Origin: Vicugna vicugna
Taxonomy: Eukaryota
NCBI GenBank assembly: GCA_013265495.1
Contig: MU057887.1
Span: 1,313,985 to 1,377,984, forward strand
Reading direction: 5' to 3'
DNA length: 64,000 nucleotides
A model generated the notes under the pieces. That model saw only the letters and a list, made by a program, of their open reading frames with translations, did no database searches and was not told where the DNA came from. This document shows positions 1-12,500 of this stretch, in pieces. Numbering within the stretch: the stretch's first letter is position 1; each line of letters begins with the position of its first letter. Position numbers and translations under genes: made by a program.

Positions 1-789
1 CGCTGCTTCTGAGTCGAGGGAGACGTATTCGCTCACGGCCACGCCTGAGCGCTGTGCGCGGTGACCGCTAGCAGGTGGACTGCGTTGGAAGCAAAACCTG
101 AAGAATGGCCTTTGGGGGTGGGGTGTTCGTGGGTGATTTTTTTTTTCCTTCCTAGACTTGACCCAAGGCTGGCCCCATCTCTGGAGCTGTGTGGCCACAC
201 TGGGGCAAGGGCTCCAAGAGAGGCCTGAAAGGAGGGGCCCTGGGGGCTGAAGAGTGTGGGGGATCCCCACTGTTTTTGCTCCCTTAATTTTCCCCAAAGG
301 TGCCGCAGTTGGGTGGAAGTGTGAGGTGGTGCAGGTGGCTAGAACTCTGGAAGAAACCTGTCTTCCTGGACAGAGGAGCCAAGAAAAGGGGCCCCAGAAG
401 TTGGAGTGTTGAAGGCAAATCCCAGGGGGGAGACAGCGGCAAAGTGGACCCCAGCTTCCATGTGAGCTGCCAGTGCCACTCGCCTGCATTGTGGGTGTAC
501 GGAACAGACCCCAAACAGCACATCAGAGGCTCTGTGGGCAGGGCTATGACATAAAGTGCCCTGAGTCCCAGACTCGCCGAGCGGCAGGTCTGCAGGGCGG
601 AACCAGGGCAGCACAGCAAAGTCACGGCTCTCGGAAGGTGAGACAGAGCTTGTGGTCTGAATGTAACTGGGCTGACTGCCTGATAAAACAGGCAAGAAGC
701 AACACCTGCCTCGGGCTCTCAGCAGGCCCCAGAGTCTCCCAGCGTAACATTCAAAACGTCCATCGAGGATTCAGTTTGATCCTTGAAAT

Positions 790-1335
790 CAGTCAGCATT
801 CAAAGAACCAGGAAAATGCCGAGAGAAAAGAAAACAGAGTCAGCCCCAAAATGACCCAGATGTCCAAATTATCAAAGAATTTAAAGCAGCTGTTATAGTC
901 ATATTCTGTGAGGTAAACACTTGAAATTCATGGAAAGCCAGAAGTCTTCAGCAGAGAAATAAAAATGATATAAAGGAACCAAATGGAAATTTTAGAACTT
1001 ACAGTATTTGAAGTTAGGAAAAAAAAACACTGGATGGGGCTTAATACCAGACAGAGAAAACTGAGGAAAGAATCAGTGAACCTGAAAACTGATCACCAGA
1101 AATGGTCAAATCTGAAGAACAGAGAGAAGAATGGAAACAGATGAACAAAGCCTCGGGGACCTGGCTAACATTCGTGTCCCTGGAGCCTCAGGAGGACAGG
1201 GCAGAGAGATCGGTGCGGGGAGAAAGAATTAAATGCTGGCTAATTTAATTAGCCATTAATATTAATAAATATTATTAATTTAATAATAACTGGGTGAAAG
1301 AAGCAAACTTCAAGGTTTCAGAAAACCCCAGATAG
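790..1335 (+). mobile_element. Old LINE-1 ORF1-region fragment (L1M-type)
   Basis: A-rich decayed L1 ORF1 motifs (aaatggaaattttagaact, aatcagtgaacctgaa, tctgaagaacagagagaa, agcctcggggacctgg), recognised by eye. Confidence 0.7.
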
Positions 1336-1515
1336 GGCCTGCTCACCCCGACTGTTGCAGGCCCGAGGGAGAAAGAACAGAAAGTTCCAGAATGATCCCA
1401 GTTCCCCCGGGCTGGTCGCTGGCATCCTGTGCGCGGTCCCTTTCCCACGGCTGCCTTGGGTGGGGGGGGGGGTTAGAGAATCAGCACAGCAGAAGTACAA
1501 ATTCAAAAATCTTAA

Positions 1516-1521
1516 TTTATT
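1516..1521 (-). terminator. Distal polyadenylation signal AATAAA of CELSR1
   Basis: Plus-strand TTTATT; minus reads ACAATAAATTAAGATTTTTGAATTGTAC, followed by U/GU-rich sequence. Confidence 0.7.
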
Positions 1522-2093
1522 GTAGACTCTCTTCTCATTTGTGTTGTGATTCCAGTGTTCTGAACATCAATAAATACACATTTGTTAAAAAAAACCCTCC
1601 AGTGTCTAGTAGCTCTCTCTCAAGTCACAAAAATAGGTTTACATTTTTCCTGTCTTAATAAAAACGACAATTGTTTTTTGGTAACAGGTCTGGTCAAATT
1701 AAAAACTAAATGCACCTCAAGGGGCAAAACCCAGTTGCAAAAGAATAAAGGCTGATACGAATGTGGAGGGGTCAAAGACTCAAAGAGATGACCACCTCCC
1801 AACTTAGAAAGCGTCTCCTCAGCGGTAAACCCTGGAAGGCACTATTACTTTGTATTTTCAAAAGGCCGGTCACCTGCTAAGGCACATTTATAATTCATTC
1901 AGGTGCGAGGGCTCTGGGATCCCATTTCGTGTGTGCGAAGCGTGTGGCCTTAGACCAGCGTCGTGAGGCAGCGCCCTCAGTCCCTGGCAGCACGCGCACC
2001 TGCATCAGAAAGCACGGTGTGGAATCTTTGCACGTTGCTTGGTTCCCATCCTGACTTACGGTTTCTCATATTTGGAAGCAGCTGTGCTGGCAA

Positions 2094-2099
2094 TTTATT
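2094..2099 (-). terminator. Candidate proximal polyadenylation signal AATAAA
   Basis: Plus-strand TTTATT inside the 3'UTR; usage not shown. Confidence 0.4.
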
Positions 2100-3530
2100 T
2101 GGGTGCCTGACTGAAGAACGAAAGAAACACTGAAACTAAAACGTGTCTGAATAACTCTGGGCCCCGCTCCACAGCCCCTCAGGCCACACTGTGCCAACTG
2201 CCCACAGAGGGACGGTCACAGCCGGTCCTTGGTGTGAGTTTCCAAAAAACAGCTTGGTAACCATTGAACAGCGTGGCTGTGGCTTTGTCCCTTCACACAA
2301 TTGGCCATTTGAAGCAAAATGAAGTAATTGGTCAGATTCTGGAGGTGGGACCCCCGCCTGCCTGGAGATCCCCAGAGTCTCAAAGAGCTAGAAAATTGGC
2401 AGGAAGGAACGTGACATCCTGGAAGACCTCATACCTCCGTCTGAATCGGGAACGTGTGAACACTGTAAAACCCTACCGCGAACAGGCGCAGCGGCACAAC
2501 GGAACGCCCCACCTGCAGGACCACCGACCGGGAAGGGGGCCAGGTGGCCCTGCAGGGCCCAGAGTGAGGCCCGCCGGGAGCGGCCGTGTGCACCTGCGTC
2601 CTGCGCTGACCGCAGCAGAGCTCCGTGAGTCCTGCCCGGTCCCAGACCGCCTGTCTCGGAGCACACCCGCCAGGTAGACGGGAGCAGAGGCTAAGCATCT
2701 CTGAAGCAAATGGGCTGTGCTTCAGACAGCCACACGTGGTGCCCACGGGCTCCTGGCTCAGTGGCACAGGCGCCTCTGTCCAGCGACTTAGTTTCAACCT
2801 CACTCAGCCCTGTGCATTTCCCGCCTCTCAGCTGCTGGACACCAGTTGCGTTAATGCGGGCCAGACTCAAGGCCAACTGTGCAAGCTTCCTCGTATAAAA
2901 AATAGCGAGCGATCAGCCCACGGACCTCCCAGGATCAGCAGAGTCAGTACAAACGCAAAATATACAGAGCTTTTCGCCTTTTCAAAGTTCCATACAAATA
3001 TACAAAAGTATCTACAGCTTTTCAACAAAGGAAGGGGATTTGCTTTCAGACAAGGGCCGCCTTTGCACAGTTGGAGCTGCCGGCCCCGGGTCTGCATGCA
3101 GTGAGGTGCCTGCACAGGCAGTGGACCTCCGTCTCCGGTCTGTGCCCGCGGCCCTGGGTCCTGGCAAGCCGGCCTGGCGCTTCCTCTCAAGGCCGCTCTT
3201 GTGCTGGGTCCTGTCCCCGCTGGGCCCTGTCCCAGCCAGGACAGCGTGCAGTTCTGGCTCTGTCTGCAGTCTGAGGATTGAGCTGTGCTGGCTTGCGAGT
3301 CCACGCCTCCCATGGCCTTTGACACCTGTCATGGGGCCTAGTGGGCCCTGGGCCCTGGGGCCACTCAGGGCTTCGTGTCTGGACCTTCAGTCACGCCAGT
3401 CATGAGGCTGCCACGGTGGGAGCCCACGCCACCAGAGCCTGCTTCACTGAAAGGGCAGGGGCCCCTCAGGCTCCTAAGTCCAAGGGCTTGACGGCAGCAC
3501 AGAGGCCTGGGTGGAGGTGACGTGCTTGTC

Positions 3531-3540
3531 TCACGGTTTC
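3531..3540 (-). CDS. CELSR1: CELSR1 last exon, downstream acceptor: C-terminus (E)KP-stop
   Basis: accgtcag|G AAA CCG TGA; in frame; matches the EKP terminus I recall for one human isoform. Confidence 0.85.
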
Positions 3541-6500
3541 CTGACGGTTCAGATTGAAGTTTCATTACTGCCTCTGTGCGTGGGAAGAAGCCATCAGGCA
3601 GGTGGAGGGTCAGTGAGAGCAGCCCCTGCCACCTGTGCAGCCAGCAGCTGGGCTGGGTCCAAGGTCGTGCAGGGGCAGGACCCCCCCCACTCAAGGGGCA
3701 GAGGGCAGAGCCCCCGACTCGGGGGACAGGAGACGCCTGGAGGCTCCATGGAGGGCAAGCTCACGTGCGGACACAGCCACATTGGCAGGCAGGGCAGGGG
3801 TCGAGTGTACCCGACAACCAGGGCCACCTGGAGGGCCAGGCCCATCTGCACCTCCCCCACGAGACACGGAGGATCAAGATGAGCAACCGAACTCCTCCTC
3901 TACGTTTTAGGAAGGCTGTTCTAGGAGGCCTGGCTCCCAGTCTTTGCGCCTCCCCTGGACGTCTGTCTGTAAGAGGGTGGAGCTGTGGGGATCAGCAGGC
4001 GTGTCGGGAGCCGGATCCCAGCCCCACGTCTCTGGCAGGGCAACCCGAGCCTCAGTCCCGGGGCAGTAACGACCGCGGGCCAAGGAAACGATAGGTATAA
4101 AATGCTTGGTCCCATGTGGTCTTAAGTCCCAGAATTTCAGGGTTGGACCGGACTTAGGGCTCTGGTTGATTTAGCCCCTGGGACAGGAGTCTAACCCGAA
4201 GCAGAGGCCCTCTCCTGGGTGGGAGCCCACCGCAGCCCTGGGCCACCTGCCTGGGCCTCACTCTGTGCTCAGGCCCTGCCCACAGCCCCTCTGGACTGGG
4301 TGCCTGTCCTCTGGACTGGGGACAGAGGGGAGGCTGGCTGGGTGCCGCCCCCATGCCCCTCTTGCTGAGGCCCAGGCTACTCACTCAGAGCCGGAGCCGT
4401 GGGCCTGGGCGCTCCCAGCCCGCACGTTCATGGCCACCCCGTTGAGGTGCTCGCGCCCCGGCTCCCGGCATGGCGTCTTGATGGTGATGGTGCTGTCGGG
4501 GGCACGGATCCCGTCGCTGGAGCCCAGCGAGGACGACCTCGAGGATGCGGGGCTCTGCTCACATTCGGCCAGCTTCTCCCGGAGCCGGGACTTCAGTGTC
4601 TTCTCTGTCAGTGGTGGCGGGTAGGTGACTTTGTTTTTCAAGATCCCTGGCGGGAAGGGCAGATGGAGAAGGTCACAGCCAGGCTGCTGCTGCCGGGCGC
4701 AGTGGACTCAGGGAGGGACAGTCCCTGCGGAGATGGGGTCTCTGCTGCTGGTCTTCCCTCCGTGGGTCTCAGCCGAGGCGGCCAGCCCACAGCCACCTCT
4801 GCCCTGCCGGGCGCCACCCCAGTGCCCCACGGACCCCACCCCCTGTCTTGCACAGTCCGCTCCACCCTACCTCCGCCGTCCCTGTCCCTCATCCCCACCT
4901 CCGTCCCTCTCTTCCCAGACCAGGGGCTTCCTGGTCCCCCAGCTTCCGGGGGGCAGTGGGCCCTGGGCACCTTTTCTTTGCTCGGGGGGCTGGCTGGGCG
5001 GCACGCCTGTGGCCTTGGGTGGGCCCCCACTCTCCCGCTCGGGAACACGCTCGCTGCAGTGGTTGCCCTGCGGGTCCAGGTGCAGCTCCACGCTGACCTT
5101 GGTCTCCACCTTCAGGCACGGCTGCTCGCCCGGCTCCTCACTGTCGCTCCCAGCCAGGGTCTCTTCGGGCCAGCCAGCCGGGATGTGGTTGGCCGCAGCG
5201 TCCACTGAGGCACAAGAGTGACCCTCAACAAGCAGGGAGCGCCGCCCTCTGGGAGCTGTGCCCCCTAAGAGGCCCCCTGTTGTGTTTGGGGTGGGGGCCG
5301 TGTATCCTGAGGGAAGCAGACCCCGCACTACCCGAACTGCAGGGCTGGCAGGGCCACACCCTCCAGGTAGAGACCCCAAAGCTCAGAGAGGGAAGGTCCG
5401 GGCCTGGGATCTCAGGCTGCAGAGCCCTGCTGCACCCCAACACCCGGGAGCCTCATGTTCCCTGCAGCAGGGGAGGTCAGCTTCCTGGAGTCCTTGCCGT
5501 GAGGGTCCCCGCAGGGCCACCCCAGGATGCTGCCTCCGCTTGTGGACGGTGAGCAGGGGGCGCTGTGCTGCTGCAGCGTCCGGCACACAGGCCAGGCTGC
5601 CCCTGTGACCGGCTCACTCACCTTTGGGGGTGCTGTGGATGGGGCCCCGGGCTGGGTCCCACTTGTCCTCAGCCTCTGCCCCGTCGTCCTCACTGTCAGA
5701 CGAGTGTGAGGAGGCGTACGAGCTGCTCTGCTCATCCAGGGACAGCTCACTATCCGAGTCTGAATCGTGGCCTGCAGGGTGGGCAGGATGGACGGGGCTC
5801 AGGCAGGGGCAGAGCGGAGCCACCTGGGCCCCAGGCAACGGCGGGAGTGGTCCCAGCGACCCTCTGCTCTCCGATGACAGGGAGGTGCCCCAGGCCAGAT
5901 GAGAGGCAGGGAGCTCTCACCATGCCCCCCGCCCCAAGGAGACCACCCCCAAAGGGACACATACCGTGGGGCTTCTTGCTGCTCCTGGGGACAAAGGCCG
6001 AATCTGGCTCCCCGTGGCCGCCCCGCGCTGGCCCAGAGGACACGCTGAGTTTCTGGCCCCCTTCGTCCCTAGCGAGAGTAGAAGGGCAGCTCAGCACCAC
6101 AGTGCGGGGCACCCCCTGCATGTGCCACGGCGGCCACATGGGGCTCTGGGAGGTCCTCTGCCACAAGACTCCCCGGGCACACAGGTAAACATGCATGAAC
6201 ACACGGCTCAGGGCAGAGGTGGTGAAGCCTGCATTTCCTCTGAAAGCTGGGCCCCCCCAGCCCCGTGACCACAGCAGGGGCGCCTGGCCCCAGCCTGACC
6301 TGACGGTGCTGTCCAGGGAGGCGGTGGACTCGCCCAGCGCTGTGCGGAACATGGCGGGCTCCTCGCCGTACGTGTTGTTGCAGTTGAGGGAGCGCTGGGG
6401 GGAAGGGGGCAGGTTCTGCTGAGCAGAGGCCACCAGGGCACAGAGGACGGCTCCATCCCCACGACCAGCCCCAGAGCAGCACCCTGATTGCCCCAGTGGG

Positions 6501-9500
6501 CGCAGAGCACAGGAGCCCTGCTTCTGGCCGGAGTCCCTGCTGGCTGCGAGGGAAGAGGGGCTCCAACCAGGACAGACCCCACCCAGGGGACTCCGCTCGC
6601 GCCCGGGGCTGCAGGGACGGCAGCTGCCACGCTCCAGGGGTGGGTCTGGGACTGGAATGCACCTTTGTAGGGGACGTGAAGCCTCAGAGCTGCTCTAATA
6701 CTGGTCCAGACACCCCCATGGACCCGGCCCCAGGCCCCAGGGCGCGTCCTACCGTCAGCAGGGTGGCCCTTGTGGTGGCCGAGTCATCCAGGTACGACTT
6801 CTTCCCAGCAAGCACGCCCTTCAGGTGCTTCCGGACCTCCCTGCTGAGCACGCAGTGGAGCAAGAGGACGGCGAGGCCCTGGAGGGGAGGTCAGGTCAGC
6901 GCCAGGCTCGGCCTCAGGAGGGGAGCCAGGGCCCTGCTGCCGCCACACTGTGCACCCGCCTGTCCCAGGACAGCTCACCAACACAGGCCTGGCCAAGGAG
7001 AGACACCCACCACGGCCCACGCCAGGCATCCCCGTCCCAGGGGCTTCCAATGTCCCGCGGTGGGGAGCCTGGTCAGGGCAGCCAGAGGGCCTCCTCCCAG
7101 GCCCCCGCCCTCAGGCGGTCTGGGTCCCCAGTGTTCCAGCATTAGTCAGGGTCCTGGGAAGCCCTCGGTGTGGATGGTAAATGACCAGCACCCTCCCTGG
7201 GGACACAGCGGGATTTACGCCGGCCTGGGAGGGGGTAAGGCCCTGCACTGCTGGGCAGGGGACTGTGTCTTGACAGACACAGGAGGACTGTGGAACAGGG
7301 TCCCTGGGAGGGCTCGGGACAGAGCTGTGTTTGAACAAACAGCCTCCTTTCTGGTGGCAGGACCACAAGGCTTTGCCATGACCCCCAACACATGTGGCTA
7401 CATAGGAACCACAGCCACGGTGCAGTCCTGACTGTCCAAGAGTAAGGACACAGCCTGGACGCTGGGTCAAGGATCTCCCTGGGGACCCCCTCGGGGCCGC
7501 TCAGGGTTGGGGCATTTCAGACAGGAAGTAGCTCAGGTGGCCCACGACCTCACCAGGGATGGCCCAAGAGAGGCCCCTCCGAGTGACCACGACAGCCCCC
7601 CACCTGTAAGCAGCTGAAGATGGCGAAGAGGTAGTGGAAGGTGAGCACGTCGCTGTTCACGGCCAGCAGCCCCAGCAGCCAGGTGGCGCCGATGAGCAGC
7701 AGCAGGAGAAAGGCCGTCCGCAGCAGGGAGCTGGAAGGGAAGCGAGGACACCCGTTTGACTGCACCGCCCTCCTCCCTCCCCTCGACCCTCCCACCCCCC
7801 CATCCGTCCATTACTCTCCCTTTTTTTCTCCCAAACTCTTTCCAAGCATTTACCACGAGGCAGCCGTGGGCCCGCAAAGGGGAAAAGACAGAAGACACCT
7901 ACGTTAGTGGGCAGGTGGAAGGCAGGCAGGAAATCAAAAGGCAAATGGATAAATAAGAAACTGTGAGCCAGAAGAGCTTCGCGGGCTGCGTCCACAGCAA
8001 GCCCGGAGCGCGGCCCCGGGAGACACGGGGAGCCTAGTGCAGAGCCGCACGCGTTTCCGTGAGCCCAGAGAGGTCGGGGGTGGGGGATGAGGGGTCCGGC
8101 CCGCCGTGCAGGCTCCTAGCAGGTGCTTCCCGCTCTCTGCCTCAGTCTCCCCGGCCGTAAGAGGGACGGCAATGGGCATCCCTGGTGGGGTCGTGCAGGG
8201 GACTGCAAGTGTTCACGCTGAGTCACGTGCTCAGAAAGGTGAGTGTGTCGGGGAGGACAGAGAGGCCATGACCAGGCCGGGCCCCACCCCGTGCCCCCTG
8301 CTTGTCTCTGTCCCTGCATAGCCATTTCAGACTCTTTGCTCCTGTGTGGGCTGGGCAGCCCGGCACCCCCTGCTGCCCCAAGGCCCTCCTCATGCATCCT
8401 TCCTTCCCGTCCCCCGGCTCGGGTCACCCAGCCCGGTAGACGCCCTGTCCTCCCTGGCCCTGTCGTGGCTCCTGGACTCCATGCTGCAATCTCCCACCAC
8501 TGCTCTGACTGCTTCCCCTTTCCTCTCCCACAGCACTGGGGGGTCCCCTCCACTGGGCCCCCACTCTCTCATGCTGCTCCCTCTCGCTGGACCAGCTCCT
8601 CCCCTCCAGCGGCCCCAGCATCACATCACCACCAACCCAGGAAGTTCCATCCCCCCACCCCCACCCTGTCTGACTCCACAGAGTGTCCAGGCACCCTGGC
8701 ACCCCCTCCACCCAGCTGTCATTGTCCCCGCCTCCTGTCCCAGCCAAGGACAGAGCCCGGCATCATCGCTAACCCCTTCTCTCCTCAGCCACCAAACCCT
8801 GTGGCTCCTACATCCTAAACATCTCTGGGATCCACGCCCCCTCCCTGGTCCAGGCCGCCACCCCGGCCAACTGCCCTGTCCCCCTGTGGTCAGCCTCCCT
8901 CCCTTTCCTCCCCAACGTCCATCTCAGCTCCAGACACCGCTCAGCACAGCCCAGACATGTCCAGACGTGGCTGCCAGTACCCCCAGGACAGCCTGGAAGC
9001 CAGCAGCTGCCCGCTGGGTGACAGGCACTTTCATGGGGCCTGCCGGGCGTGTGACCCAGACCTAAGGGGGTCTTGGGTGGGGCTGGCTCCTTGTCAGGTC
9101 CCACCCACCGGCCGGGTTTAGCACCAACTTACACAACCCGTTTTCTTTCATAATAATGGCGCTTCCTTTGGCAGGAAACCTTTGCAGACAGGACAAAAAT
9201 GACTGTGTTGACCTGAAAAAAAAAACAAACAGAAAAACCCAAAGTCAGGTGGTGGCACAACTGTATTGTCACAACAGATCTTCAAAAGCCAAGCGCTCCT
9301 GAGGGTCTTCAGCCCCCATCTCAGAGGTGCATGTAGGATGAGGCCTTGGGGCCCTGGGGGCGGACGCTGCTGCTGGGGGTGGGCACTGAACTGTCTCAGT
9401 GGGCGTGCACAAGGATCAAATCCCGGAACCCCCAGGTCTGAGGACGAGGCTTCATCACTGTGAGAGCGGCTGCTCCTGTTCCGTCCAGGTGCTCAGGGGA

Positions 9501-12500
9501 GCCATGACCCAGACCCCAATACCATTTGCCTGAGGGGCGCCGGCTTCCCACGTCCCTGAGAACCCAGGCTCTGGGGAACTCCGACACTCACAATTACAAC
9601 TGTTCCGATGGGCCCTGCGAAGCTCCAGATCAGGGTGTCGTGAAGAGACAGCCAGCAGAAGTCTGGGTTTCCGTAGCCCTGGGGGTCCAGGCCCACCGCG
9701 AGTCCTGGACCACAAGGAGGGGAAGAGTGAGGGCCACCCCCCAGAGAGGACCCCTGCTGAAGGCCAGCCTGATGGAGGGGTGGCCACAACTGGGGCGTTC
9801 TTAGCCCCCAGGTAGGACCGGGGCCCCAGCATCACCCCCAGAGGAAAGAGTGAGGAGCCCAAGATAAGCAGCCGGGAAAAGACACGGAACCAGGTCCTCT
9901 CCCAGCAAAGGCCCCCTTGAGGCCAGCCACAGGCCCACCACGCCCACGTGGCTGGGCAGCCATGAGCTGCTGATGGATTCACCCCAGAGGCAGGAGCCCA
10001 CTGAGCCAGAGCTGCTGAGGGGACCAGAGAGATGGAGGGTGGGGATGGAACCTGGCAGAACCAGCCACAAAGCACGACGAGGACGCCCTGCTGGCTGGGC
10101 CACCACGACTGAGCCCAGGTGCAGGGGAGGAGCGCCTTGAGAGCATACACCTGCCGCATGCACACGCGTGCACAGACCACACACACCAGACACACGCGCA
10201 CCCCAGAAACTGCTCTCCACTGCAAGGTGCCATGCAAATGAGGAGTCTCCTATATTATCTAAGCCCCAGCCACGGTTTCCAACCTTGGGACAGGCTAGAG
10301 GGGGGGACCTGTCCTTGCAGAAATGTCAAGGTGGAGTTTGGGGCGACTCCTCCAACACTGACCTTGTTTAGGACAGAGGAGCTGCCCACTCCTCCCTGTG
10401 GCCTCTCCCGATCTGGTCTGGATTGTTCCACAGCCCCTACTCCCTTGCTTAAATCCTAAAAAGATCAGGTCTCCCTACCGACTGCTCAAAACCCTGCAAT
10501 GACTTCCCACTGTCCTCAGGAGACGGACATGGCTATTTCTGTGGCCTTCTAGCCTTTCGTGACATGGTCACAGCCACACTCCAGCCCACATGGCACCCCC
10601 ACCCCTCACTCCACCCTGGCCCAGTCTCACTCCAGTCAGGTCTCCACACACACTCCCCACCAAGGCAGCCTGGTTCCTAGTAGCCATCAGCGCAAATGGT
10701 GCTTCCTCCAGGAAGCCTTCCTGACCTGAACCCACCCATGACGGCAGGTCTCACCCCCCTCCTTCACGGCCGAGCCCACCCTTCAGGGCAGGGTCTGTGG
10801 ATGAGCCAAGAGTTAAGTTTGTCATTACTTAATGCCTGTCTTCCAGCAGGGGCGACTCCCGAAGAGCACAGGCTTTGTCGTCTCACTTGGACTCTGACTC
10901 TGGGCCTAGAACCTCTGTGGAGGCACAGAAGAGCCCTCCATGGGTGAATGAATGAGCAAGCGTGTGCACACACACACCTGTGAGCCTCAGCTCTCCAGAA
11001 GCCGAGATGAGGGCCAGGGAACGCGGATGGGGAAATGGCCCGAGAGGACCTGCCACCAGTCCCCTGGGTCCTAGAGGCCCAGCTGGGACAGGCCCCATGA
11101 CCTGAGACCAGGGCTGCCCCCACATGGCGTCTGGAGGAGAACTGCTCTGTCCAGCACCATCTGGAGAGGCTGCCCGAGGGGACCACAAGGTGGGAATGGA
11201 ACGGGGGCTCCCCAACACACACACATGGGTGTGCATGGGCAGAGAAAGGCCAAGGGCACCTGGGACATTGGGGGAGGACAAAGGAGGTGGCAAGAGAGCC
11301 CGCCTGGCAGGGCAGCCGCACCCAGCAGTGCCTCATCCCAGCCGAGGTTCCAGGAATCATTTTAGGCTCTTTTGCAAGAGGTGTTCATTCCACCCCCCTC
11401 ACAAAGTGGGCAGACACGGGAGTTTTTGTATGTTAGGTGTCACAGACAGAGCCTGAACAGACTTGCACCCATTCCTCCTGGACCCCACACCCGACAGGAG
11501 ACACACCCCTCAGCGGGCACTGAGTGGCCACACTTGTGTGTGCAGATGCCCCGCCTCTGCCGGGGGCCGGTCGAGCTGGGGACATGAGAGAGAGGAGGCC
11601 AGAGCGCCCGGGGCTATTGGTTTATCTGACGTGGGTTCCCGTCAGCAGTGGCACCTGGGTCCCCCGCGTGGTGGTCGGTCCCCATCCCAGCTCACCCGGC
11701 AGGGCTGCTCCACGCGTCCTCACCTGTGACAATGGCTGGGATGCCCCAGCCCACGACGTAGTAGAACCTCATGGGCCCTGCGTCGATGTTGCGCACCTCG
11801 GTCAGCATGCGGTAGACGTGCAGGCTCTCCACGAAGGTCCAGGCAAAGGTGCTCATGTAGACGTAGTGCAGGAGGATGGCGATCACCGTGCACAGGAACT
11901 GCGGAGAGAGGAGGCCGCTCAGCGCCGGCCCCACCGGGACCACGGCCCCGCACCTCGGACTCAGGGCCAGGTGGCATGGGGTGGGGGGAGTCGCCAAATC
12001 AGGCCACTTTGCAAATTGGAGGGCACATAGGTCTGAGAAAGCTAGAGGGGGACCTGGTTCTTTACTATTTATTCACCAAGAAGTGGCTGAGGGCCGATAG
12101 TACCAGCATCTTGGACTCCTGATATGGAAAAGAGGACAGGGAGTGAGGCACCCAGGGGTCCCAGGGACCATGACTGAACACAACCCGGGGCATCAGGGGT
12201 GGGCAGAGCCTCTGGGGTTTTCATTAGAGGCTGGAATATTGTATTTTCATGTCATGGCTCCAAATTTTTAAGTGCTTGCATTTCATTTAAAGTTAAAAAA
12301 AAAATACGGAGGCAGCCTGCTCAGGCTGTAGCCCCAGACCATGACCGTGGCCTCTGCCCACCACGCAACCCTCATGTGGGTCTCCGAGGTCCAGCGGATG
12401 CGGCCAGCAGGAGGGAGGAGCCTCATGCTTGGAGACCTCGCTGTCGAGTAAGAGCGAGCTCCTCATGTCTGTGCTGATTTAACGGAGCCTCTGTCTCCTG

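Larger units (their letters stand above)
1490..3530 (-). other. CELSR1: CELSR1 3'UTR (about 2 kb; distal end approximate)
   Basis: Runs from the stop codon to AATAAA at 1516-1521, with AU-rich blocks in a GC-rich background. Confidence 0.75.

Noticed and set aside
1-780. 3' end of the neighbouring gene TRMU, which I recall lies convergent to CELSR1 in human
   Set aside because: No TRMU-like peptide or convincing plus-strand poly(A) signal is visible; synteny alone is not evidence.
6496-7431. 311-aa plus-strand ORF and similar antisense ORFs (4399-5208, 5565-6188, 26078-26581)
   Set aside because: They are antisense shadows of CELSR1 exons or GC-rich stop-poor DNA, with no recognisable domain or splice structure.
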